Positions 18,939 to 27,939 of a DNA stretch of 34,862 bases are shown one piece after another (the first letter of the stretch is position 1; each line of letters starts with the position of its first letter). The position numbers and the translations under genes are program-made. The notes beneath the pieces are model-generated. The model was not told where the DNA came from. It saw only the letters and a program-made list of their open reading frames with translations, and did no database searches. The DNA lies in contig CAWHOE010000016.1 in assembly GCA_963830915.1 (NCBI GenBank), positions 1 to 34,862 on the forward strand. Reading direction: 5' to 3'. The DNA comes from a candidate division FCPU426 bacterium. Its GTDB lineage: Bacteria > Oederibacteriota > Muellerivitia > Muellerivitales > Muellerivitaceae.

Positions 18939-19505
18939 ATGTTTATTTTAACATTGATTGATGTGCTAATAGCTTCATATCTTTCTTGGGCTTTTTTGTT
19001 ACATCCCGTTCGAATGTTTTTGATCAAGCATTTAAAAATAAAACTGAATAGTATTTTTCCATCAATTTTTGTCTTCGCGTTTTTCACAACTGTTCATTCG
19101 GCAATTTCCTTTTATTTTTATAACAAAGAAACCGTTCAATTAGGTTTTTTTGTAAGCTCCATCCTTCTTCTTAATTGGGCTCTAATAACATATTTTCTTT
19201 TAGACAGATTTAATATTCGTTTATATAAACCGACCATTCTTTATAAATCTCCATTTTATTTGATCAAATATGTTGTTTGGGGTTTTATTGTTTCTGGAGC
19301 CGCAATCTATATTTGTTCTGGCTGGGTGGAACTTCTTGGTTTGATTCTAGTTTGGTTTGTTTATGGAAAAATCTGCGCTGAAATTTCCATTAAGAATTTA
19401 ATGCGGAAAATGAATTGGGACCGAGAAATGGCTATTTATGCTTTGGTTGAAGAAAAAAATGGAATGCAATTATTTGGGAAACAAAAGAAATACCCTTTCC
19501 CGTGA
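18939..19505 (+). CDS. Multi-pass membrane hypothetical protein
   Basis: About 5 hydrophobic segments, GGAGG RBS before ATG 18939, AT-rich. Confidence 0.7.
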   Translation: MFILTLIDVLIASYLSWAFLLHPVRMFLIKHLKIKLNSIFPSIFVFAFFTTVHSAISFYFYNKETVQLGFFVSSILLLNWALITYFLLDRFNIRLYKPTILYKSPFYLIKYVVWGFIVSGAAIYICSGWVELLGLILVWFVYGKICAEISIKNLMRKMNWDREMAIYALVEEKNGMQLFGKQKKYPFP

Positions 19506-19588
19506 TTTTTTGCTAGATAAAAGCCAGAACAAAATGAACAAAAGCGGGAAGAAAATGCGGGATCGGCCAAGATAAAAAGGGGTCAGTC

Positions 19589-19616
19589 TGGAGTGCCCCC
19601 GATTTAGTGGACAACC
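19589..19616. mobile_element. Possible isolated IS3-family terminal inverted repeat
   Basis: TGGAGTGCCCCCGATTTAGTGGACA resembles the TG-nnn-TGCCCC...AGTGGACA pattern of IS3-type ends. No transposase or partner IR was seen. Confidence 0.35.
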
Positions 19617-19964
19617 TAATTTAGTGTAGTTTGCCCTTCTTTCCGCCCCAATTGACCAAAATCCAAAAACCTCTTTCCGATTCCTGCCTATTCTCTTTGC
19701 GGGATATTGATTTCTGCGACGGGAAACGTTCACTTTCAGAGAATTAACAATCATTTAAGCGGTCCGGGAAAACTTATCTCCCCCAAAAGTCCTATAAGGT
19801 TGCCGAGCTGGTCATTACGGCACTAAGTTGTCATTCGGCCTATATTCCTTTGAAAAGGACTCCGATTTAACAAAGAATAAAATATACAGAAGAAGGTTCG
19901 GCTTTTAGAATCAATGCGCTATGTAGGTAAAAAAAAGGGGAAAAACTTCGAGCCTGGAGGCTCT

Positions 19965-21159
19965 ATGTCTACCCCAAAATATGCCTTTTTCACCCTAGTC
20001 TCAGTCCTGACGCTGACCCTCTCGGCGACTCTCTTCACATCCTGCGGAAAGAATCTGCCATCCGGCACAGGGCCTACCGGGCCGGTCACGGTGGTCCAGG
20101 TCCCACCTTCCCCCACCATTACCTTGTCCCCGACGGTGACCCTTTCCCCCACGGCCACCTTTTCACCGACGCTGACCGGGACGGCTACTTTCAGTTCCAC
20201 GCCCACCAAGACCAACACCGATGTCCCGACATCGACATTCACCCTCTCATTCACACCCACCCTTAGCTTCACGCCGACAGTCACCAACACCTTCACCCTC
20301 AGTTTCACACCAACCCTTAGCTTTACCCCGACGGTCACCAACACATTCACCCTCAGTTTCACGCCCACTATGACCGGCACCCCCACTCCGAACTATCCTT
20401 TTGATTCCCAATTCGGGGGAGCGGGCTCGGGGAACGGAAAATTCACCTGGCCCTACGGTGTGGCTGTGGACGCCCAGAATTACATCTATGTCGCGGATTA
20501 CGCGAACTCCAGGTATCCAAAAATTCACCTCCAGCGGCGGCTATGTGTCCCAATTCGGCACGATCAATGGCCCGACCGCTTTGGGGCTGGACACCTACGG
20601 AAACATCTATGTGGTCAATAACAATGAGCCGGGAAGCCTCGCCGTCTATACCTCGAGCGGGACGTTGGTGACCCAATGGGGCGGGTTCAGCGACGCCAAT
20701 GGATTGGCGGTCGACGCCGAAAGTTACGTGTATGTGGGCGACACAGGGAACAACCTGCTCAAGAAATTCACGTCCAGCGGATCGCCCGTGACCCAATGGT
20801 CGATCCCCTTGCCCAACGGCGTGGCGGTCGATACGAATGGGGAAATTTATGTCGCGAGCCACACGAATCAATCCGTCATGAAGCTCAGCGCCGACGGGGT
20901 TCTTTTGGCCCAATGCCATGGGTTCCTCGGTCCCTATGGGGTCGCGTTGGACGCGAACCATAATGTCTACGCCACGGATCCATTCGCGAAAACCGTCCTG
21001 AAATTCGATTCCAACTGCAATTTCCTGATGAGCTGGGGCGGTTCGGGCACCGGCAATGGAACTTTTGGCCAGCCTGAGGGTTTGGCGGTGAATTCCAACG
21101 GGTGGGTCTATGTGGCGGACAGCACGACCGATCTGGTAGAGGTATTTTCTCCCTATTGA
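19965..21159 (+). pseudogene. NHL-repeat lipoprotein with expanded Thr/Pro linker, frameshifted near 20514
   Basis: Lipobox FTS-C. Compared with the downstream paralog, there is one extra base in AAC TCC AGG t ATC CAA AAA TTC. The frame resumes in ORF 20401-21159. Confidence 0.85.
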
Positions 21160-21217
21160 TAAAGACGGCTGAAAAACGAAAGTAAAAAGGGTAAAAATTA
21201 CAGACAGGAAAGAACAG

Positions 21218-22237
21218 ATGAAAAATATTAAGTGGCTTTTGGGGTTGTTGGTTTTGATCTTGGGTTCGGCCATGGCGGTATCCTGCGGAAAGAACCTGCC
21301 ATCCGGCACAGGGCCTACCGGGCCGGTCACTGTGGTCCAGGTCCCACCTACCCCCACCATTACCTTGTCACCGACCGTGACCCTATCCCCCACGGCCACC
21401 TTTTCACCCACGTTAACCGGGACGACTACTTTCAGTTCTACGCCCACTTTGACCGGCACCCCCACGCCGAACTATCCTTTCTCATCCCAATTCGGAGGGG
21501 CGGGCACGGGGAACGGAAAATTAACCTGGCCCTATGGGGTGGCAGTTGATTCCAAGAATTACATCTATGTCGCGGATTACAGGAACGACCTGATCCAAAA
21601 ATTCACTCCCAGCGGCGGCTTTGTGAATCAATTCACTGTGACCAGTGGCCCGACCGCTTTGGCGTTGGATGCCTACGGCAACATCTATGTCCTCAGTAAG
21701 GATCCAGGTGGATGGCTCGCTGTCTATAACTCGACCGGGACGTTTTTGACCCAATGGGACCAATTCAACGAATCCAATGGATTAGCGGTCGACGCCCAAG
21801 GTTACGTATATGTGGGCGATACCGGTGACGAACTGCTCAAAAAATTCACTTCCAACGGAACACCCGTGACCCAATGGGCGGTACCCTGGCCTAACGGAGT
21901 GGCGGTCGATACGAATGGGGATATTTATGTCGCGAGCCAGACGAATCAATCCGTCATGAAGTTCAGCCCCGACGGGGCTCTTTTGGGCCAATGCCATGGG
22001 TTCACTATTCCTTATGGGGTCGCGGTGGACGCGAACCATAATGTCTACGCCACGGATGAAACGACGAAACTCGTCATGAAATTCGATTCCAACTGCAATT
22101 TCATTACGAGTTGGGGCGGTTCGGGGACTGGTTTGGGAACTTTTACCCAGCCGGAAGATTTGGCGGTGAATTCCAACGGGTGGGTCTATGTGGCGGACAG
22201 CTCGACCGATCTGGTACAGATATTTTCACCCTATTGA
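21218..22237 (+). CDS. NHL-repeat lipoprotein, tandem paralog of 19965-21159
   Basis: Lipobox AVS-C, short TPT linker and six NHL repeats (PYGVAVD...IYVAD..N..IQKF). Confidence 0.9.
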   Translation: MKNIKWLLGLLVLILGSAMAVSCGKNLPSGTGPTGPVTVVQVPPTPTITLSPTVTLSPTATFSPTLTGTTTFSSTPTLTGTPTPNYPFSSQFGGAGTGNGKLTWPYGVAVDSKNYIYVADYRNDLIQKFTPSGGFVNQFTVTSGPTALALDAYGNIYVLSKDPGGWLAVYNSTGTFLTQWDQFNESNGLAVDAQGYVYVGDTGDELLKKFTSNGTPVTQWAVPWPNGVAVDTNGDIYVASQTNQSVMKFSPDGALLGQCHGFTIPYGVAVDANHNVYATDETTKLVMKFDSNCNFITSWGGSGTGLGTFTQPEDLAVNSNGWVYVADSSTDLVQIFSPY

Positions 22238-22243
22238 GAAAGG

Positions 22244-22506
22244 CAGACGACAGGAGGCAGTCGGCAGCTGACAGCTCACAGTCCACAGCGAGCAAGAGGC
22301 AGACGGCAGGAGACAGCCATAGACGACAGTCGACGGCTAACAAAGCAAACGGCAGAAAACAGCTGACAGTCCGCAGCGAGCAAAAGGCAGACGGCAGGAG
22401 ACAGCCACAGACGACAGTCGACGGCTAACAAAGCAAACGGCAGAAAACAGCTGACAGTCGACGAACTACAGCTAACAGGTGACGGCTCACAGCTGACAGT
22501 TGACAG
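22244..22506. repeat. Long heptamer array (CAGnnGA) containing an 88-bp tandem duplication
   Basis: cagacga caggagg cagtcgg cagctga cagctca... Near-identical 88-bp units start at 22286 and 22374. Orientation is opposite to 13575-13688. Confidence 0.88.
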
Positions 22507-22533
22507 AAAAGACATCAAAACAAAGGAAGAAAA

Positions 22534-23067
22534 ATGATGAAAAAAATTATCCTCGGATTTGCCCTGATGAGCATGGTTTTGACTACAGCCTACGCCCAAG
22601 AAGGCGCCCCGGAAGGGAACCATCCCCTCTATATAGGCCTGGGGACTGGCGCGGACATACCCAGTAGTAAATGGGACCCCAACTATCTGTTGGGCGGTGG
22701 CGCGAATATTTTCGGGGGCTACCAGTTCGATAACGCTTGGGCCGCCCAGCTATCGCTTGAGGAGTGGTTCTTCACAGGCTCCGGCACATCGCTTTATAAC
22801 TTTAGGGTGATGGCCGAGGCCAAATACGTTTTCCAGGGTCAGGGCGTTCAACCCTATCTCCTGGCCGGGCCCGGTTTGGTCTATCAGACCCAATCACCCT
22901 CGGGGGACAACACCACCAATTTTGACGCCCTTCTTGGGGCCGGGATACAGTTTCCCCTGGCCCCCCGGACCCATGGTTATGTTCAGGGTCAGTACAACCT
23001 GATCGCGTCCCAATCCACGACCTTCTCCGACTTTCCCTTGACCCTGGGAGTATTAGTGGAGTTGTAA
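22534..23067 (+). CDS. Small outer-membrane beta-barrel (OmpA/OMP_b-brl-like)
   Basis: Signal peptide (TAYA/QE), LYIGLGTG, GGYQF, QPYLLAGPG and LGAGIQF strands. Confidence 0.85.
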   Translation: MMKKIILGFALMSMVLTTAYAQEGAPEGNHPLYIGLGTGADIPSSKWDPNYLLGGGANIFGGYQFDNAWAAQLSLEEWFFTGSGTSLYNFRVMAEAKYVFQGQGVQPYLLAGPGLVYQTQSPSGDNTTNFDALLGAGIQFPLAPRTHGYVQGQYNLIASQSTTFSDFPLTLGVLVEL

Positions 23068-23282
23068 AAGAGGTCGGCTTCCGCCTGGGAGTGACGGGAC
23101 CGGAGCCAAGACCCCGGACGATTACGTGACGGTCGATTTGAAGACCCGCGCCGTCGGCCATTACGCCGCTAACGACCTGGGCACTCCGGCCCTGGCCAAG
23201 TCCATCGGGCAGAAGGTGAGAAAGCCCAGGGTGTCGAGTGGGGCGAAGGGGAAGAAAAAGAGGAAATAAGCTTTAATAAAGG

Positions 23283-23450
23283 GTACCGGGCCTTTTTACC
23301 TGAGGCTCGGTACATCCCGACCTTCACATAAATCAATTAAAGAGGTCGGTATAGTACCGATTTCCAATACAACTATTTTATTGGTCAATCGGCACAACCA
23401 AGGCTAGTGCCTCGGTTTGTGACCACGGCACAGGTGTCAGCCTCAGTGCC
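23283..23450. repeat. Cluster of REP-like hairpins (RTRCCG...CGGYAY)
   Basis: Four consecutive stem-loops. 23312-23396 is homologous to 30772-30855. Confidence 0.75.
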
Positions 23451-23556
23451 TTCTTTAAAAGGGTCGTGTTGGCCTGAGCTTTTTTTATTTTCGAGCGGTT
23501 CTGTTTTTTACCCTATACTTATTTAGTCCTTCGACCATTATCTGGAGCACCCTGAT

Positions 23557-24645
23557 ATGAGCCCTGACCAACCAACAAAATCTCCCCGCAACCAACAGGA
23601 AGCACAGAAGGAAGTAGACCGACTTCTGGTATTTCAGGACAAACTGGAAGAACTTACACGCCTGGGCGTTTTCACCCTGGCCCCCGAACAAAAGGGGAAG
23701 ATCGACACTCATATCCAGGCCACGATCACCGAACTGAAAAGCCGGTTCGAGGTGGACACGAACTTCTCGGCCAAGCGCCTGTCCTGGGGCATGCGAATCG
23801 CCACTTTCCTGGGAGGCGCGGCCCTTTGCGCCGGGGTCTATTTTCTTTTCCTGCGGGTCTGGGGCTATTTATCCACCCCCCTTCAAGTGGGGATATTGGC
23901 GGGCGGGACCATCCTTTTTACCCTCGCCGCCCACAAGGCGGCCAAACTAGAAAGAAGCCTCTATTACGCCAGCCTGTTGGGGCTGGTGGCCTTCGCCTGT
24001 TTCGTGGTGAACCTGGTGGTGCTGGGCGCCACCTTCAATATCACGCCTTCCCCCAATTCCTTCCTGGTATGGTCGCTTTTCGCCCTGACACTGGCCTACG
24101 GTTACGGCTTGAGACTGCTTTTGTTGGCGGGCCTGCTGAGCCTCTTGGGGTTCCTATCCATGGAAGCGGGGACCTGGTGCGGTATCTACTGGCTGGATTT
24201 CGGCGAGCGCCCGGAGAATTTCATCCTGGCCGGCCTGGTTCTTCTGCTGATACCAAAACTTTGGCAACACACGGCTAAACCCAGCTTCCCCATTTTTTAC
24301 CGCTTGATCGGCCTGCTATCGGTGCTTATCGCCATCCTGATCCTTTCCCATTGGGGTGATGGAAGCTATCTGCCCTACGCCAATAAACCGGTGGAGGACG
24401 GTTACCAGATCATCGGATTCCTTGTCTCGGCTTTGGCGATCTGGCGGGGGATCAAAAAGGAACATTCGGAAGTCACCAACATCGGGGCGACCTTCTTCGC
24501 TATCTTCCTCTACACCAAGTTCTACGATTGGTGGTGGGACTGGATGCCCAAGTACCAGTTTTTCCTGCTGGTGGGGATAGCCTCCGTGGCACTTCTATAT
24601 GTATTGAAACGCCTGAGACGGCTTTACCTGGGGGAGCGCCCATGA
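23557..24645 (+). CDS. DUF2157-like polytopic membrane protein
   Basis: RIATFLGGAALCAGVYFL...WGYLS and LGATFNI..SPNSFLVW motifs, about 10 TM segments, paired with a DUF4824-like gene. Confidence 0.75.
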   Translation: MSPDQPTKSPRNQQEAQKEVDRLLVFQDKLEELTRLGVFTLAPEQKGKIDTHIQATITELKSRFEVDTNFSAKRLSWGMRIATFLGGAALCAGVYFLFLRVWGYLSTPLQVGILAGGTILFTLAAHKAAKLERSLYYASLLGLVAFACFVVNLVVLGATFNITPSPNSFLVWSLFALTLAYGYGLRLLLLAGLLSLLGFLSMEAGTWCGIYWLDFGERPENFILAGLVLLLIPKLWQHTAKPSFPIFYRLIGLLSVLIAILILSHWGDGSYLPYANKPVEDGYQIIGFLVSALAIWRGIKKEHSEVTNIGATFFAIFLYTKFYDWWWDWMPKYQFFLLVGIASVALLYVLKRLRRLYLGERP

Positions 24646-25559
24646 CCCCTAAACGAACGCTTACATTGTCTTTAGGGTTGGTGGTTTTGGTGAACCTGTT
24701 CGTTCTGGGTGGGGTGGCCTATAACCGGTCGAACCGGGAAGCCGTCTTGAATCTGACCGAAAGGGAATTGACCTTGGTTTCGGCTGAAAAGGACGACACC
24801 TCCATTTCGCTCAGCATGGATGTCAACCTGTTGGATGACCTATCACAACAAAAACTGAAGGACCTGGGGTACAACCTCAAACACAAATACAAGGAAGACT
24901 GGTACTCTTTTCCCTCCAAGAAAGTCTTTGTGGCCCTGGAATACGACGGCCCCGCCTGGCAAAAGTGGGTGGCGGACAAGGACAAGCAAATAGCGAAGGC
25001 GGAAAAAAAGCTGAAAGCCGCCATCAAAAGGGGCGCCAAGGAACAAGAACAGAAAGACGCGTTGGAGGATTTAGACAGTGAAAAGGACGAGAGGGGATCC
25101 CAATCCCATTGGTTCCCCGTGGATGTGGCTTTGGATCGGGTGGCTTTGGTAAAAGCCCACCCGGCCACCGAAACCTACGTCATCGTCCCGGCCCAATTGC
25201 AAGTCAACTACCAGGCCCAGGGCGACCCGCTATACCGCTGTTCGATCCGTCTTCTTTTGGATCAAGTCCACGTGGACCAGAGGTTCCGGCGATTTTTCGA
25301 GGGAAAGAGCCCTACGGACAAAAGGACCAGCCGGAGAACGTGGGTTTGGGATTCCAAGCTTAAAAGGGCCGTCCCCAAGGACCCTTCCAAAAAATGGGTC
25401 GAATGGCGCCCCAGTTATCAGGTGACCCTAGCTTTCGGCAATAAGATGGAGCCTTGGATCGTCAACTGCGGCTTACCGAAATACCTATCATCGGAAAATG
25501 AAAACGGAGTCAGGCCAAAGCAAAACATTACTAAGGTTCTTCTAAAACATGACAAATGA
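24642..25559 (+). CDS. DUF4824-like membrane-anchored protein
   Basis: VNLFVLGGVAYNRS, LTEREL, VFVALEYDG and YQVTLAFG..MEPWI. ATGA overlap with the upstream gene. Confidence 0.7.
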   Translation: MTPKRTLTLSLGLVVLVNLFVLGGVAYNRSNREAVLNLTERELTLVSAEKDDTSISLSMDVNLLDDLSQQKLKDLGYNLKHKYKEDWYSFPSKKVFVALEYDGPAWQKWVADKDKQIAKAEKKLKAAIKRGAKEQEQKDALEDLDSEKDERGSQSHWFPVDVALDRVALVKAHPATETYVIVPAQLQVNYQAQGDPLYRCSIRLLLDQVHVDQRFRRFFEGKSPTDKRTSRRTWVWDSKLKRAVPKDPSKKWVEWRPSYQVTLAFGNKMEPWIVNCGLPKYLSSENENGVRPKQNITKVLLKHDK

Positions 25560-26289
25560 TATCGACGAGACTATCAAACCAGCTTTTCAAGAATTGGATA
25601 TTCCTATACCCCGCAGAGTGCGTTTAAAAACTATTGGTGAAGCGCCAGGAGTTTGGTTGAAATATTTCTTTGGCTTTGTTTTCTTAATGGTTATGTTCGG
25701 GATGTTTTCTTATCTCACGCTTATACCATTCCTCGCGATTAAATTCGGTATTCCAACCCAAGCCACTGTTGCGCACTTATGGCAAACCCATGGCCGAGGT
25801 TCCGGTAACTTTGTTCGGGTTGAATATTCTGGTAGTGATAAACAGGAAACTGGAGATATTCGGATTTCCTATGCCTCCTATGGCCAACTTGTGACAGGAA
25901 TGAAAGTGAATATTCATTACTTGCCCCTTTTCCCAGAGAGGCCGGCATTAGATGCTGATCCGAACTTTGCTAGCGCTTTTTTCTTTCTCGCTATTTGTGG
26001 TTTTTTAGTTGGATATGCAATGTTTTTTTATTTTAGACAACGAGACCTGTTGATCCGGGGGAAGGTGGTCGTAGGCCATGTATTGGTTTCTGAAAACAGA
26101 GCAATAAATATATGCTATTTCGTTCAGGATAAAGAGTACCTGACTGTAATTGGGAAGAATAATAAATATGGGAGCCTGTACGAGGCCGGAAAGACGGCGG
26201 TTGTTTTGTACGATCCGGATAAGCCGGAAAGAAATGAAATTTACGACCCATCCAATTGTATTTGGATTCCCGATAAGGAACTTTTTTAG
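25549..26289 (+). CDS. AT-rich membrane protein with two DUF3592-like repeats
   Basis: TM helix followed by 'G..V.I.Y.P..P' occurs twice (VNIHYLPLFPE, AVVLYDPDKPE). Confidence 0.6.
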   Translation: MTNDIDETIKPAFQELDIPIPRRVRLKTIGEAPGVWLKYFFGFVFLMVMFGMFSYLTLIPFLAIKFGIPTQATVAHLWQTHGRGSGNFVRVEYSGSDKQETGDIRISYASYGQLVTGMKVNIHYLPLFPERPALDADPNFASAFFFLAICGFLVGYAMFFYFRQRDLLIRGKVVVGHVLVSENRAINICYFVQDKEYLTVIGKNNKYGSLYEAGKTAVVLYDPDKPERNEIYDPSNCIWIPDKELF

Positions 26290-26435
26290 GGTTTGTTATA
26301 AAGCCTTAAAGTGGAGTTTTTATTTTTCCTTGAACTTGGCCTTTCAGAAAACCAGCATGACAGTCCACAGACTTCAATCGGCAGTCGGCCCCTATTGCAA
26401 TAGCAATAGGGATCACCAAAACACGCCTCTCACCA

Positions 26436-26659
26436 CCAGACCTTCTATACGGTCTGGCACCATCAAATCTCTCATTTCGGCCTGTACCGACTTTCAATCA
26501 GTCGGCATCATCAACCCTCGACTCTCACCTGGAGGGTGCGAGTCGGATGAAAAGCCTCAATGAAGAAGGCTTGTACCAATTATCAATAAGTTGGCATTGC
26601 CAAGCTTTGCCCTTCACCTGGTGGGTGAAGGGTAGGCAAATAAAACTCGGCACAGGTGT
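26436..26659. repeat. Cluster of REP-like hairpins
   Basis: Stems at 26436-26457, 26484-26508, 26519-26545, 26573-26597 and 26608-26634. CGGCACAGGTGT at 26648 is shared with 23426 and 30849. Confidence 0.7.
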
Positions 26660-26763
26660 TTTCCTGTTCTTGGATAACGGACCCATTTTCATTATTTAAT
26701 TTTTTCAGAACCAACGGACTTATTTAAGTTACTCAACTTGGCAACTTTTGGAGTCATCCTATT

Positions 26764-26864
26764 TTCCCCCGCTGAAAGAGGGGGACTAAGGGGGAGTTAG
26801 TCTTTTCTAACCGCATCGACAACGCCTAATACCCCCCTTTCCCCCCTTTTTCAAAAGGGGGGAA
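26764..26864. repeat. Inverted pair of C-run/G-run palindromes (REP doublet-like)
   Basis: TTCCCCCgctgaaagaGGGGGActaaGGGGG is an inverted near-copy of CCCCCCtttCCCCCCTTTTtcAAAAGGGGGGAA. Confidence 0.65.
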
Positions 26865-26908
26865 TTGTCAATGGGAGGTACCTTTAGCATTTGCCAAAGT
26901 TGAGAAAG

Positions 26909-27526
26909 TTAAAAGGTTTGGGTGAGGTTCAAGCCCACACCGTTATTTTCGGGTTGGATCATCATCGACAGGTCCTGGTTGGATTGGACCACCGTGTTGT
27001 AGCGGGCCACCGCGTTGGCGCGGTCGGTGGACGCGTCCATTTGAGTGAAAATACCCTTCAAAAAGATCCCGACCCCGCCCAAGACCATGACGACAGACGG
27101 GATCACATTGGGGTCATGGTCGACCATATGTCCCGAGGAATCGGTGGTTGTACCCATATTGAGCATCTCGATGGTAAAGTCCGTCCAGCCGGCCGCTTCA
27201 ACGGCCACACCGCCCCAAATCAGGCCCTGGCCCCAGGCGTCCTTATCCGCCCCCGAACGCAGGAGGTCATTCGCCGTCGGGTCATTCAAGGGTTTGATCA
27301 CCCGCTCGAAGTCCTTAGGCTGGGTCAAGGCTGACCCCTGGTAGGAATAACTGGTGGAGGTGATGGTGCTCCAACCGGTATCCGAGTCGTAATAAGGGTA
27401 GGTCTGTTCATTCACGTCGATCGGGGCGAATTTGCCCGCCGGAGGATTCCCCGGGGCGGTCTGGGCCCAACCGGTTCCAGCCGTAAGCATCAGGATCACG
27501 AGGATAGAAGAAATGAGTTTCCGCAT
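26909..27526 (-). CDS. Secreted/membrane hypothetical protein
   Basis: Signal peptide (TGWA/QT), GGAGG RBS, two Gly-rich hydrophobic segments and C-terminal GVGLNLTQTF. Confidence 0.75.
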   Translation of the reverse strand: MRKLISSILVILMLTAGTGWAQTAPGNPPAGKFAPIDVNEQTYPYYDSDTGWSTITSTSYSYQGSALTQPKDFERVIKPLNDPTANDLLRSGADKDAWGQGLIWGGVAVEAAGWTDFTIEMLNMGTTTDSSGHMVDHDPNVIPSVVMVLGGVGIFLKGIFTQMDASTDRANAVARYNTVVQSNQDLSMMIQPENNGVGLNLTQTF

Positions 27527-27939
27527 ATATGCCTCCCTGTCGCCGTCATTGTTTCCGAAGGTTTTTGGCCTTCATTAGTTATGACGAAGGGGTCCGGGAA
27601 AAGGGTCGAAGGGCGGAAATACAAAGCGAGGAATTGAAATAAAATTTTTGGGATGCAACTTTTTCGGGATCAGGAACGTCCGGTAGCCGTGACCGATTGG
27701 ATCTCTTGAAGAGTGAGGGAGGTTTTGAGAAGCGCGTTAATAACCAAGCGGGATTTGGCGTCAAAAAGCGACAGTATTTGTGCGGTTTATCGTCTCGAGG
27801 AGAAAATCCTTTGTTTTGGTCCGACTTTTTCAGCGGTCAAATCAAAATTAATATTACCATGAATACACTTCGGCTTCCGTTGGGTCATGGATGGAGCGCG
27901 GGGTGATGATATTTAAACTTCAAATATTCCGGGGGCTCT

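Noticed and set aside
17898..19600. Integron cassette array
   Set aside because: No RYYYAAC...GTTRRRY attC-like palindromes were seen at gene ends and there is no integrase.
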